Shown piece after piece: positions 38,201-53,200 of a DNA stretch of 64,000 bases. The position numbers and the translations under genes were made by a program. Positions within the stretch are counted from its first letter, which is position 1, and the number at the start of each line of letters is the position of its first letter. The notes below the pieces were generated by a model, which searched no databases, had not been told where the DNA came from, and saw only the letters and a list, made by a program, of their open reading frames with translations. This stretch comes from Mobula hypostoma (Eukaryota), in the NCBI RefSeq assembly GCF_963921235.1, contig NC_086107.1:102550001-102614000 (forward strand), written 5' to 3'.

Positions 38201-41200
38201 AAATTAAATATATAATAGTAACACCTAAAGATCAAGAGATATGGGGAGAAAGCAGGAACCGAATACTGAATTTGGTTTAGACACAATCATATGAAAAGGG
38301 TAGGAGGCTTGAAGGGACAAATGAAATATAGAAATAAATGTTTCAGTCCACCAAGACCATGGTCATCAAGCACCCTATTACATAAATCTTGTACTAACCC
38401 CATTTTATTCTCTCCAAATTCTCATCAGCTTTAGAAGCTACTGCCACCTATATCAAAGGCAATTTTAGTGTTCAATCAACCCACCAACCCATTATGTTTT
38501 TGAGATGTAAAGGAAACTTACACATGGTTGCAGAGAGAATTTGTAAATTCCATTCATACAGCAGATTAAATCGTGTCACTAGAGGTGTAAGAAAGCAGCT
38601 CCCTAAGCGATGTCACAATGTTGTATCCTTTCCTGATTTCCATGTTTCTCTGCTTTAATGATACATTTTCACAGAGAGAAACTAAAAAAGATCAGATGTG
38701 ACATAGACTAAAGGGTGGAAAGGGATTTCTTCCCAGTATCTGGTGCCCAATCTATCATTTATCAGTAAATTACTTGGAAATGTTATACTCCAGTCTTCTC
38801 TATCAAGTATCCATCAATAGATGCAATTGGTCCGTTGTTGCTGCACAGTATCAACATTTTTAAAGTACATGGCTGAAGCTAATAAGCACAGTTTTATATC
38901 AATGTAAGGAAAACTTATTATAAAATGGGTTTGGTCATTCCTATACCTCTGCCAACCATCCCCACCCCCAAAAAAATAAAAACAATTGTTGGTAAATCTG
39001 AAAATCAAGCCAATGGATCATAACCAATGGAATTAGAACAGAACTTCTTTACAAAAAAAAGGATGTAATGATGTACTGTATCTCTCTATCAGCAACCTGT
39101 TTAAATGGCTCAACTAATATTCTCTTAAAGGAATGCTGACTCTCCAATTTCTTATTTATTCAGCCTCAATCATTTTAGCAATAATAGATTATGGTTTCCT
39201 TACAAATTTAATTGAAGTTATAGGCTTATCATGAACAAGTTCTCTCAACCCTCTCAAATGAGAATTAATGTTAATAATTTTCCTTCACGATCATAAGCAA
39301 GGCTACTGATTTTTTTCTGAATGGGGCTTAAAAACATTAGGTACTGGATATCTATTCAAGTCCTAGTACAGTCGGCCCTCCTTATCCGCAAGTTCCACAT
39401 GCGCAAATTCAACCAACGCAAATCGAGAAAACCCGGAAGTGCTCTTTCAGCACTTACTGTTCGAGCATGTACAGACTTTTTTTTCTTGTCATTATTCCCT
39501 AAACAATGCAGTATAACAACTATTTTACATAGCATTTACATCGTATTAGGTATTATAAGTAATCTAGAAATGATTTAAAGTATAAGGGAGGATATGCGTA
39601 AGTTATCGTGGATCTGGATTGAAAAAAAACTGTTAAATTCTCTTACTAAGTAAGTCGGAACAGGTACATCCAGTATTATTTAGCGTCAGTTAGTCAAACG
39701 TTTGTCTCAGTATATAGTATATATTTTACCTTTCTATTTATATAAAATACTTAAGAAAGGTATGCTTCAGTGCTGAGCTCGGGAACGGAAAGTGCCGAGT
39801 TCGATCCAGCGACAGATCTCTCCCTAGCGCACTCTCCATCCGTGCCCGGTTGATGTGAAGGATCAAAAACCCAAAACCCAATAATTAAACTACTGCGTTG
39901 CTTAGTAATAATTGTAGCTTTAATCAGGCAGGGCCTTTCTTATTTTATCCTTTAAAGTTGTTTTGATCGTTGACCGACTGTAGCCTAACGCTTTTCCAAT
40001 GACCGATGGTATTTCACCTCTTTCCGATCACTTTAATATTTCCACCTTACTTTAAATCGTGATCATGATTATTTTTGCAAACAGAAACACTGTGGATTCA
40101 GAGCTCTGCCACTGGGTCCTAATGCCCACCGCACTGAGGCAGGTTAAATAAGGTCTGGGTTTCCGCTGGGTCCTAAGGTCCACCGCATTGAGACGGGTTG
40201 AATAAGGGATTTGAGCATCCACGTTTTTTGGTATCCACGAGGGGTCCTGGAACCAATCCCTTGCGGATAAGGAGAGCCGACTGTACACATTTTCCATTGA
40301 GATTTGTTGAGTTTTAAAACTCCAACACTGAATACAAGTCTAATTTTTTTGTTATATTTCCTATGCAATTCTTATGCCTTTCAATGATCATTTAAGTACA
40401 AAATGCATGTGAAGATGGAATTGGTACAAGTTAAATGTAGGGTGCTTGCCAAATATCAGTAGTAGGTGCTCAACAGAACTGCATCAGAAGCTCAAAAATG
40501 ATCAATACATTTGGCAGCAAATTATGCTTTACAACTGTGATGCTAATATACTGTATAATTCCTGAATTGTATTTGTTTTCAAGATGGCGATCATGAAAGG
40601 AAAGCAATTAAACATTGTTTTTGAATCTATGAAGTCGGTTATGAAGTTACCTGAGAGAGCTCAGCAAATCTTGTTTCTTAAAGCTGTCCATAAGCTCCTT
40701 CAACTGTTCACAACCTTCCTCTCCAAGCCAGTTTCCTAGATAGGCAAAATATTTTTCATTTTAAAAAAACAAGTTTTTAAGCATTCAAACAGATAAGCCA
40801 AATTCTTCTTATTCCTTCATTATTCTTATTCCCAGTTTACCTACTTAGCCTCACTCATGGGTACTGTCATGGGCACTGTCTACACCACCCTGAGCTACCT
40901 ACCAGCCTAGTCATCATATGGAAGCCCAAGCATGGGAGGATGAACCCTGGGTGCCCTCCCAAGACCATGGTCAACACGCTCCTAGAAGGCAGCAGCGCAG
41001 CTAATGTAGATGAACTGAACACACTGATGAGGGAGAAGTGGAGAGGCCGTCATTGTGCCCGATGCCGGCCCCCTAGGCTTGAGTCGACGTAGTAGTAGTA
41101 GTATGGGTAACCAATAGAAGCTGCTATTGGGCTTGCTGGCTCTGAGAAATACCTGAATTGGGAATTGCTTCTCAGCTGACAGAGAGGAAGACAACAACTT

Positions 41201-44200
41201 CCATCACATCCAGGAGAATGTGACGAGAAAGACAAGAGGTCCCAAGCAGACTAAATCTGAAGTCAAAGGGGAAACAACCCATTTCCTTCATTCTGGCCTA
41301 GAAAAAATGCAGGATTCAAAGGTAAAATTCTAACACATACATACCATTTAGATCGAGTTTTTCCAGTAGGGATTTATGTTCCATGACCTCGGCCACTGTG
41401 ATTGCAGCATTCTTCCCGATCTCACCAAACGAAAGGTTCAATTCCTACAGATACATACAGTTAAACAATGGGAAAGAGGGTGAAAGAAAAATAAACTTGA
41501 CCAGATGAAGAAAGGTGGGAAGCACTACATGTGCAGTACAAATAGCACAGGCCTGTTATAATGTAGGTTTTGAGCAAATACATAAGTTTTTCACATCACC
41601 AAATTTAGCAAAGCGGAGAAAAGAGCAAAGTAATTCCTTATGGAGGTTGCCCTCATTATGATAAAAATGTCATCAAAAAACAAAATGGAAACAAGTTGGA
41701 AGTATCCAGATTCAGTTCTCAACTCTACAAAAGAACTTGTAAGCTGATCTCACTGAAGTGCTGTGGTCGAGAAGGTTGAGAGCTTCAAGTCTTTAGGAAT
41801 GAATACCACCAACAGCCTTGTCCTGAATCAACCAAGTAGATGTCATGGTCAAGAAGGAGGACCAGTACCTCTGCTTCTTAAGGCAGCCAAGGAAATTTGA
41901 CACATCCCCTTTGACCCCCAATTTTAAAATTGATACACCATAGAAAGCATCCTATATGGATTTATCAAGACTTGGTATGACAACAATTTTGCTTGAGATA
42001 GCAAAGAAAGCATTGCAGAGTTGTGGACATAGCTTAGCATATCACAGGAACAAGCCTCATCTCTGTGGTCTGTCTGAATATCAAAAACCCCACCCAATTT
42101 TCTACTTTCCCTCATCCTATTGAGCAGAGGACACAAAAATCTGACAGGTCCACCAGGTTCAAGGACAGCTTCTATACTGCTGTTAGCAAACTATTGAACT
42201 ATCTCCTCGTAGTAAGATGAGCTCCTGATCTCACAATATATCTCGTCAGGACCTTGCACCTTATTGTCTACCTGCAATGCACTCTCTCTGTAACTATAAC
42301 ACTTTATTCTGCATTTTGATATTGCTTTCCCTTATACTACCTCAGCACACTGTTGTAATGAAATGATCTCTATGGATTACACTGTACTTCAGTACACGAG
42401 ACAAAAGCAAACCAATTTACAAAAAAACTATCATTAGCATCAATTCCCCACAATTTTGGAAACATGAAAGGAAGTTCCTGCTTCCCAATATGATGTAGTG
42501 ACACTGGCTGAAAGCAAAAGTGGGTGGGCAGGATCAAATTCAATTGAAAAATCTCCCTAATTTGAATAAATTGGACTTTCTCCAAGTATTTTTGTCAAAT
42601 TGCCATTTGGTAGTGGCAGAGAATCCTTAACATATTTTGTGTATCACCTGACATTCAGATCTCCATCAGCATCCTACCTATTGTACATGCAGACTACAGA
42701 ATACCTTGGTATTGTATTGAAGTCCTTTGGGTATTCAGACACTTTTCTGCCTACATGCCAACATCCTATATTGTTCTACCACTGTTTTTTTAATCACTTC
42801 TGTACACATCAACCTACAACTGATCCCCAAGCACTATCCCCATTTGAAAAAAAAACCTAAGTACTGATTTCAAGGCATTGCATCCACCAATCCTACAATT
42901 TTCCCTCCTTACCATTCCCTGTATTAGTCAACTGTCACTAGTAGACATGACAATACTTTGGAAGTCCTTCGCAAATATGTCCTCCCTTCTACTTGTGCTT
43001 TTGCTTTAACAATGCAAGAGTTATTGCTTTGACCAAGCTTTTGTTGATCTGTCCCAATATTTCTCATATTGGCAGCAAATTTTGTTTTACAACATGCCTG
43101 TGAGACCCCTTAAGACGTTTCAATACATTAAATGCACTCTAGGTTGTGGTTGCTGTTTAGCTAGTACATTCCTGTTAAGTGAAGACATTGAACACAAAGG
43201 AATGTAGGAAAATATTTCGTGCTTTGGTTTCATGCCCATTGCTACCCAATCCAGGCATCTATTTTTCAGTAGTATTTATGGAGTGAAATGGACAGTCAAT
43301 ATTTCAAGTTGAGACCCTGTATCAAGTCCAGATGGAGGCTCTCAACCCAAACATCAACAGGCCATTTCTCTTCATAGATGCTGTCTGACCCATTGAGTTC
43401 CTCCAACATTTTGTGCGTTGCTCCAGATCCCAGCTTCTGTAGTCCCTTGTGTTTTCATATATTGCTTTTGCCTACCCAACCAATACCTGTCTTTGAAACA
43501 AAACTATTAATCTCAGAATGAAAATTAATAATTGATTCAACCTGAAATGTCATTTGAAGAATTCCAAATTTCTACAATCTTGTACATGTAGAAGAGTTTA
43601 CTGAATCCCTTTCTCAAAGAGTGGCTCTACTCTTAACATTATACTTCCAGATATAGCATAAAGAGTTTCTCTAATAACCTGCCTATATTATCTTGAAAAC
43701 ATTGATCATGTCACCTTTGATGTCTAACGTCCAAGAATACTACCCAGGAAAACTTCAGCTCCAAGACTTTCGGAAGACTTCAACCCAGAACTATCTGACT
43801 GAGGTACAAGTTATTATCCCTTCTCCTACCAAGACAATTCAAATTACTTCAAAATATTTTGTTATTGTTTCTCTTCCTATTTGCACAATTCCTGGCTGAA
43901 GAACATAATTCAACAATTTAGCAAACTCCTTTGTGGCCAGTCTATTATTAGTGTCATTAATGTTAAGCGGGAGGGATTAACAATATTCAATCAACATTAT
44001 AACTCAAGACGGGCAAATTATTACAAAATCTCCAAGAAAAGTCTGCACACTCCCAGTATTATAAATATAACTATAATTAATTTAATTCAAGGAATAAATA
44101 CTATACAAGATCTCAGCTTAACTGATGTTCTAAGTACCATAAACTTTCTAAAGGCACTTCAGGAAGAAGAGAATAATTCATAGCTTTTATAAGAATTACT

Positions 44201-47200
44201 AATCCAATACTCTCTTCCATTGAACTAATGCATCATTTTTTGTCAGCAATGTCTAACAACTTGAATGAATGTTACAATTTTAACCTAATAACCTTCTCCA
44301 CAGCACTTTGCAGGATAGTGATTATACAAAAGGTTGACACTGAAGAACAGGCACACAAACATTCTGTACAAGAGAAGGACTTTAAGTACTTAAAAAAGCA
44401 GAGCTATACAATTAGGTTTGAAGGGAATTTCATAACTTTTTGTTAAAAGGTAATAAAAATCTCAACAAAACAGTTGGTTTTGACTTATCTCCATCTGTTT
44501 GGATAGGTTGAAAAGAAGAAAACATGAAAAAGATTTCAGAGTTTTAAAGTACAAACCTTGAGTTGCGTTAAGCCAAATTTTACAGCTTCAGCAATGGCTA
44601 CTGCTCCCTTTGATCGTACCAGACAATCTCCAAAATTTAGTACTTCAATGTTTTGGAGAGTCTTCAAAGCCTAAAATTATATTTAAAGAACGTATTTAGG
44701 CACCAATTACAACTAGAAGCATAGAAAGGATTTGACATGAAATGGCTGCAAGTATTGGCAGACATGGAATTGCTTCTAACAAAGTGCAAAAAAATGAAGG
44801 AAATCTGCTCTGGCCTCAGCCTCTTACCTCTGCCATGGCAATAGCTCCTTTCTCTGTGAAGGTATTATCATTAAGGTTTATAACCCTCAGGTTCTGGTTT
44901 CTAGTGAAGGCCTCCGCTAAAGCTCTAATGCCTTGATGGTTTATTCCATTCTGTGTCATATGTACCTCCTCCAGGGTTCCTATGGACTAAACAAAATATT
45001 TTATTTGCATTCTTCTTCACTCTCATCCATCAACCTATTTTTATGTCTGCTAGTCCGTACAAGCATGGTGTACACAGTACTTCTGCATCACCCTTACCCT
45101 CCCCTGTAAAACTGTTCCACTAAGCACATTGTTCTGACCTAAAAATACACCTCTTTCAATATTTCAGCTTCAGTCAGCAATTTACAGGTACAATAGAACT
45201 ATGCAACTTGAAAAGCATTCTGTGGACATTAAACACAAAAGCATCTCCAAAATGGAACCGAATCAGGAACAATTCTTACATAATTAATGGCAGCACCTTG
45301 CAATATTTGACGACCAAGACAGAAAAACAGAAAATTATTAAGTACACTTTTAAATTTCTTTGTCATTGTTCAGCTTTTATCAGTGTAACATAGGAGTATG
45401 TAAACAGTTCAAAAACCTTGATCTACAAAATTAAAACAAGTGCATCTGACTTTAATATATCTGAATAAAAGGCCATTGCCTAGGTGCTAAGAGAAGGTTA
45501 CAATAAGAGCATTGTGTTACATCTGGAAATTTTTTTTTATTGTATATAAAATATTTCAGTTTTCAAAGTCAAAAAGGAGGGTGCATCTTAAATTACTGAA
45601 GGGAGCAAGGACAGAGTTCAAAAATATTTATGCCACAAACCTTTAAATATTACTGGTAATGCAAACGCCACTATAAAGCTGCAGGACTGTGGATATCAAG
45701 ATTGCTCTTAAACAGCAAAGGTTCAAAATAAGCACAAACTGAGGGAAATGATTTTAATGAGAGATAAAGAAAGTTCTACTGAAGAATATAGGCAATTTAA
45801 CTTTAAGGCAAATCAGGTTTGAAATTAATGTTGAGTTAAACAAGTTGATTAAAGCAGTGCAGGTATATAATAGTGATAGTTGATAATTACTTCTTTCATC
45901 AGTGATACTTCTTAAAGATTATGGTCATCCTACCCTCCGCAGCTCCATAGGAACCAAACTTTTTCTACCATGTTTCCCAAAGGATTTCAATTAATTATTA
46001 TTTCAAAATGCTCTGTACTTCTAATTTGCAAGGAGCATGCCTTCCCACTAGATGAAGAATTGTAAAAACATACATGAATACTTAGCCATGGGACTGGAAG
46101 TGTATTGCAATGCTCCATAACACTGACATTGCAGGAGCAGCATAAAACCATATATTAGATTCCTGTACCTTGAAAGCACCAGCCAGTGCAATTGCACCTT
46201 CATTCTCTAAACGATTTCGCCCTGCAATGAAAACTTTCAGTGCCATAGGCTTTCCCGATTCACATGACTGTCTGTGACATTCATTCAGTGCTGCTGCAAG
46301 TATCTGCAAGAACAGAAAACAAAGTGCCTGATCAAAGCATTTTACAATGGAATCATGAAAAAGCTCAACACAGGAGGCAATTTGGCCCATCTGAAAGTGA
46401 CAGTTTAAAAAGTCAAGCACGCCAACCAATTTTACCTTCGACTTGTTCTCTAGATACGGGTGTTCCCCGCTTTCCGAACGTTCTCTTTACATTTCGCTTT
46501 TACGAAAGACCTACATTAGTACCTGTTTTCATTAACCGAAAGAGGATTTTTGCTTTTACAAAAAAAGACGCTCGCTTTAAACTTGTGTTTACCCAGAGAA
46601 AGACTACCATGACCATGAAGCTTTGCACAGGCAGGTGTGTGCGCATGCCTGACGTGCGAATGCCTGTATGTGCGCATGCCTGACGTGCCGATATTTTTTT
46701 CAACAAATCGATTTTGGCTCAAACTTCCCGATTCTGTTAAGTGAAACTACACTGAACATACATTATTTCTACTTTATATAGGCTGTGTATTTATCATATC
46801 ATTCCTGCTTTTACTATATGTTAGTGTTATTTTAGGTTTTATGTGTTATTTGGTAGGGTATTTTTTGGGTCTAGGAACGCTCAAAAAATTTTCCCATGTA
46901 AATTAATGGTTAATTGCTTCTTCGCTTTACGCCATTTTGGCTTACAAACGGTTTCATAGGAACGCTCTACATTCGGATAGCAGGGGAAACCTGTATTGAC
47001 TTTCAAGCAGGAATCAGAGTATTATTTAAATCTGATGTGGGTTTAGGCAGTGAGACCCAAACCTCCAATCCTCCCTGGGTAGATATTTTTTCCTCATCTT
47101 TTATTTCTTTTTTTTTTGTCAAACCTATTAAATTAAACCTATTGCTCCAGGCTTTTAAACTCCTCTAACAAAGAAACAAAAGATCTTTCTATTTATGCTT

Positions 47201-50200
47201 GTTAGGCCACTACCTTAATTAAGACCATAGGATACAAGAGCAGAATTGGGCCATTGGGTCCATCAAGTCTGCTCTGCCATTTCATCATGGCTGATCCAAG
47301 TTTCCTCTAAGCCCTAATCTTCTGCCTTCTCCCTGCATGCCAATCAAAAATCTAAGCCTCCAATTAGCCTTCAGTTTCAAAGAATACAGTCCAAGCTAAT
47401 CAAATATATTCCCTCAACTACAATTTTGCCAGTCCTGGTAATAACTTTGTCCCAGAACCTGCATTTACATCCAATAGTCACTTTACCAGGCAAATCCTGT
47501 ACCTAATTAAGTGGTCATTGAATGTATGTTCATGGTCTTCGCTGCTGTAGCCTATCCACTTCAAGTTATGGTGTGTTGTGCATTTAAAAATGCTCTTTGT
47601 ACACCACTGTTGAAATACATGGTTATTTGAGTTACTCTCACTTCCTGATAGCTTGAACTAGTCTTGCCATTCTCCTCGGACCTTTCTCATTTACAAAACT
47701 GCCATTCACCGGATGCTTTTTTGTTTCTTGCACCATTTTCTGCAAACTCCAGAGGCTGCTGTGTGTGAAAATCCCACAAGATCAGCAGTTTCTGAGATAC
47801 TCAAATCACTTTGTCTAGTACCAACAAAGTCACTTAGATCACATTTCCTTCCCATTCTGATGTTTGGTGTGAACTGAACCTCCTGAGCAGGGTTGTGATG
47901 TTGAGGCTCTATAAAGCACTTGTGAGACCACACTTGGGAGTATGGTTTGCAGTTTCGGGCTCCTTATTTTAGAAAGAATATACTGACATTGGAGAGGGTT
48001 CAGAGAAGATTCATGAGATTGATTCCAGGAATAAAAGGGTTACCATATGAGGAATGCCTGGCAGCTTTTGGGCTGTATTCCCTGGAGTTCAGGAAAAAGA
48101 GGGGGGATCTCATAGAAACATTCCGAATGTTAAAAGGCCTGACAGATTACATATGGCAAAGTTATTTCCCATGGTAGGGGAGTCTTGGACAAGAGGGCAC
48201 AACTTCAGGATTGAAGGACGTCCATTTAGAAAAGAGATGCAGAGAAATTACTTTAGTTAGAAAGTGGTAAATCTGTGGAATTTTGTTGCCACGAGCAGCT
48301 TTGGAGGCCAAGTCATTGGGTGTATTTAAGGCAGAGATAGATAGGTTCTTGATTAGCCAGGGCATCAAAGGGTATGGGGAGAAGGTGGGGGAGTGGGAAT
48401 GACTGGAAGAATTGGATCAGCCCGTGAACGAATGGCAGAGCAGACTCGATGGGTGAATGGCCTACTTCTGCTCCTATATTTTATGGTCTACATTGCTATG
48501 GCCCTTTTAGCCCAAGGTGTTTAATGTTGATGATTCTATTACAGGCCTTCTTCAAACTTCTTTTGAAATACTTGAAGTTACATTCCTCTCATTATCTCAT
48601 CTCAAAGTTTTAATCAGCCAGAAAGTGTCTTTATAAATCCAAGAGTTTTCTCTACTCCAACCATGTCATTTGATAGCTTTCTATTCCTGGTAATTATTGA
48701 TTGCAGCTAATCTTTTGTTTGTACTAATGGGGTCATACTTATACTCGGAAGACAAACTGCCTTGTACAAGCAGGAACTTTAATTTATATCTTTCACTCTC
48801 CAGTTGAAGACAGGGACACAAACAAAAACAGCAAATACCAACATTTAATATCTCAGTACTGTTAACTGCGGGCAGAAGCAGGTTGAATGCACAAGATTGT
48901 ATCTTAATTCTCCAACTTTTCCAAGAAAAAATTTGGAAAAAGTTTGAAACTCTACATTTCATACCAAGATAGATTTTAATTTCAACAACTTCATAAAAAG
49001 CTCGCTAGAGTTTTTGTTTAATACTATCAAAAAGCTCACATATTAACCAAAAAGATAATATATAACAGAGCCTATTGTGTTCACCCAGTTTAACATCTGA
49101 GGTCTTTCATGTCTGTATGACATTGTATAGAGGGAGCTACTGTATCAATTTAAGGTATATAATTATGCATCAGGGATGAAGCAAGTGGGCAGTTCTGTTA
49201 AAGGGCAAATTTGGGGCTTTAAAGCAGTTTTAGAATTTGGTTATGTTGTTTAACAACTTAATGGTCTGCCGACACCATCTGCATTTGAACATTACGAACT
49301 GCTTTAACAACGTGAATATTTAGTAAAAATACCTGGCCACCACCGATTCCCATGCCACAGTTATTCAGTCGTAGCTCCTGTAAGGTGTAACACACTTTGC
49401 TCTTCAGCAAGGTTTCAATGCTCTTGACTCCGTCAGGTCCAAATGCATTGTCACTTAGATCGAGCTGTGTCAGCTGGGCTCCTGCATTCATCAGCGCATT
49501 ACCAAGGGATTTCTTTAGAGAGTTAGAAGAAAATAATGTTTTTTAGGTTAAAAACTTCATGTATATACATCAAGATCTTTTTCCTCAACAGGACACGCTT
49601 TAAACTGATCAGAATGAATTAGAGCCAAATGAAATAAAGCAACCTGATGCTCAATTTAGGAGCTCTGTGACTCAGACATTCTGGGTGACCGTCCATGGGA
49701 TTCATTATGGAGAGAGGCTTGTTGTGGCATTCTTCTCATCAGTATGAAATGCTGCTTGAAAGGTTATATTAAAAATTAACTTAAAGTGCTACTATAAGTT
49801 AAAAAATATGGCTGCTTCAATTGGTACTTGTTCTTTCTTCATGGTGCTAATCTTTCTTTAATGGCTTAGTTTTGAAGTCAGCTCAGAAACTCAACAGCAG
49901 GGCATCAAGAACTCTAAGGATTTCTCACAAAGCCTGAGATTAAACTCAGATCTGTTACTTGCTATTTTGAATGCTTTGCAACTTAGCCCAGAAGAATGCC
50001 ACCACATTCAGCTTTATCTATGTATAGTTTGAATGATAATTAAACTTGATTTGATTTGATTTGAGATGAGATAAACTGATTAAAGGTAATGGCATGTGTT
50101 AGCAATATATTTAAGGAATCTACAATGGATCAGAGATCATTGGATTCAATTTCAGATGGAGTGCATTGTCTTAATCAAGTCACAAATGACCACAGGACTT

Positions 50201-53200
50201 GTTGGTTAAGTCTTGGAGAGGACCTTTGGCAACAGGTTCTTCAGCCCCAAAACCATCAAGTAAACCCTGCTTAAAAAGTGTGCAGATGTACACCTTTAGC
50301 AGCATATACTATGAACCACCTACAGATGTTAATCTTACCAGAGCAAGTGGAATCTCAGACCTAAGTCGTCCCGTGAACATATCACTCCAGTAGCATTTCT
50401 GAGGGAAGAGGATAGAAAATGCAATTAAACATTTTAAGAAATTGTAACCATTGTAAGTATATTTACTGAAACTAAATTTAAACATTTTACTGTGAAGAAC
50501 TTTTCCAGCTGTGACATCAAACATAACTGAACTAAATTGCAGAATACTTAGGAAAACAGGACCTTTGCTGGATAGGTCAATATTCATCACTACCACCAAG
50601 TGTTCTTGAAGTGGTGGCAGTGAACCATATTTTAAATCATTATAGTTCTTCTGAAGATACAGAGGTATTATATAAAGATTTTTAGTAGTAAATATTTTAC
50701 TTCAGTGCAAAGCTTCATGAAATGTTTTCGACTCACCAAATTCTTGGCCCAATTTGACAATACCGAAGACATATTTAAAGTGGACAAAATTAACTATTTT
50801 AAATCGATGACAGCTATTGATAAAACCACCTCTCTTCCCCTTTAGAACATAGACTAATCAATTTGTTACCAATAAATTATAAAATGCTATAGTAGCCCAC
50901 TAAATATTACAGGAATTTTCAAATAAAACAGTTCCATGAGATGAAGGCCCAGATAATATATTTGGTAATGGTACAAGGAAGAGATTATCAAAATAAAATT
51001 CGTTCTAATTATGACAAGACTTACTATTTTATTCTAGAACAATCTGTGATAGCCAGTGCACTAAGAGCACAACAACAGAACCTTTAGAAAATATAATTTT
51101 CAAGTGTAGTTTATACCAGTAGCTTACTCAAAGAAAGTGTATTCTAGCAACAGAGCTTGTTTAACATTTACAAAATGTATGTGACGTTCTTTCTGGAACT
51201 CAGATTTGGAAATATTGCCAAGGAAGATTCAGAAATAAAAACAAACAGAATGTTTAACACAGCAGAACGTTCCAAACCTGTTGACAGGAACAAAATGATA
51301 CTCAGCCACAAGACAAACAGTACCAGAGCAGAAGACAAAACCCCCAGTTACTGGGGCAGTTGTTAAGATTTATGAATAAAGTTAACAACATGAAAAGGAA
51401 TAGAGTGAAGACCAAAAAGTGGAGTGTTGAGTTCAGATATAATTTAGAATTAGTGGTTAAGGGCCTGGAGATTTGGGATGTGCAGGCAAGACAATGGAAT
51501 GCTCTGAAAACAATGGTACAATCACTTAAAATGAGGCATTGCTTAATCAATGAGCAGGAAGAACAAGTCTTGTTGAGTGTTCAAATGTGGGCATGCCCCT
51601 AACATCCACGGTACACATAATTAGATTGTCCCTTTTCAATAATGAAGAATAGCAAGTTCTATAAAATCTCAAATTCCACAACTGGGGAAGCTATTTTTTT
51701 CCTTTCCATTAAGGCCGAAGGGGGGAGAAAACGACTTGTGACTGAGGATGTGCTATAAACTTGCAATTGCAATGTTAATTCTTCTCCAAATATAAAATAT
51801 AACTCCACATTTTAAATTAATTTTGCAACAGATGTGGTTTATATGTGCTTGGGATGAAATTAACATTAAAAGTTGAAAAAAAAACACTGCAACCTTCAAA
51901 CAAACTACAGCTTTGGACAATGGATACTGTTTATGATTTAATTAATTTAAATGATTAATAACCTATTTTTAAAAGGTTCCAAATTACTAAAAAGACAGAT
52001 TATAATGTAGCTCCCTGTAGCCATACTGATCTATAGCAGGATTATGCTCCACACAAGGCTCCTACTCTACTTCATTTAAATAAATTGTAACATGGATACA
52101 GATTCATACACACACAAAACCACATGCTAATCATTTGTGAACCATTTATCAGATTAACTGGTAACTCAATTACAATACTTAAGGTTAGATTCCTTGCAAG
52201 TTGAAACACCCTACCCAAGACACAGTCTAACCCCTTTACAATTTAAAGAATTCAATTAAATTGCCCCTCATTTTTCATAGAGAAGACCTTTTCTAATAGT
52301 TATAATCACACATTTGGTAACCAGTATGCAAATATATTCTTTTGAATTGCAATAAATGAGAAATCTTATAAGAAGCCTGCACAGCACACCAAATGTGATG
52401 TTAACAAAATTTCTCCATTTTAACGTGGGTAAACCAGTACTGAATTAAAGCAGAAAATGCAGTAAGCACTCAAGTCAGGCAGTATTTGCTGTTTTAATTT
52501 CAGATTACCAGCATCTGCATTTTTTTGTATATTACAGACACAAATTGTTCAACTTGGAATAAGGTGGATCATTTCAACATTTGATCTAGTAAGGGTATTG
52601 AATGAAGGTGTCTGATAAGAAAAAATTGTGAAAAGATTATATATTTTATAAACAGATAATCAAGTCTGGAGTAAATGTGCAGGCAGTTTTAGTTCAATTA
52701 CAGCATTCAAAAAGGAGTGGGACAAGCATCTAAAAGGGAAGGATCTGAACAGTTATGGGAAGCAGAACTTACTTGATTGCCCTCACATAAAGCTAGTACT
52801 GATCCTTCCTTGTGTCCATTCCATGAAGTGGAATCAAACTTGTGATATTACCATTAACCAACTGCTGTCATACATAATTGGCAAGCTTCAAGACCTGTGG
52901 CCTCAATGCCTTCTTGTGCAAATGGATCCTTGATTTCTTTACTTGCAGACCAGTCAGTTTGAATTGGCAAAAACATCTCCTCCACAATCTCCATCAATAC
53001 AGGTGAACCACAAGGCTGTGAGCTTAGCCCCCCTTCTACTCGTTTTACACTTATGACTATGCGGCTAAGCACAGCTCCAATGCCATATTTAAGTTTGCTG
53101 ATGATACTACTGTCATTACCCAAATCAAAGGTAATGATGAATCAGCATATAGGAGACAGAATGAAAAATCTGGCTGATTGATGTCACAACACCAACCTTT

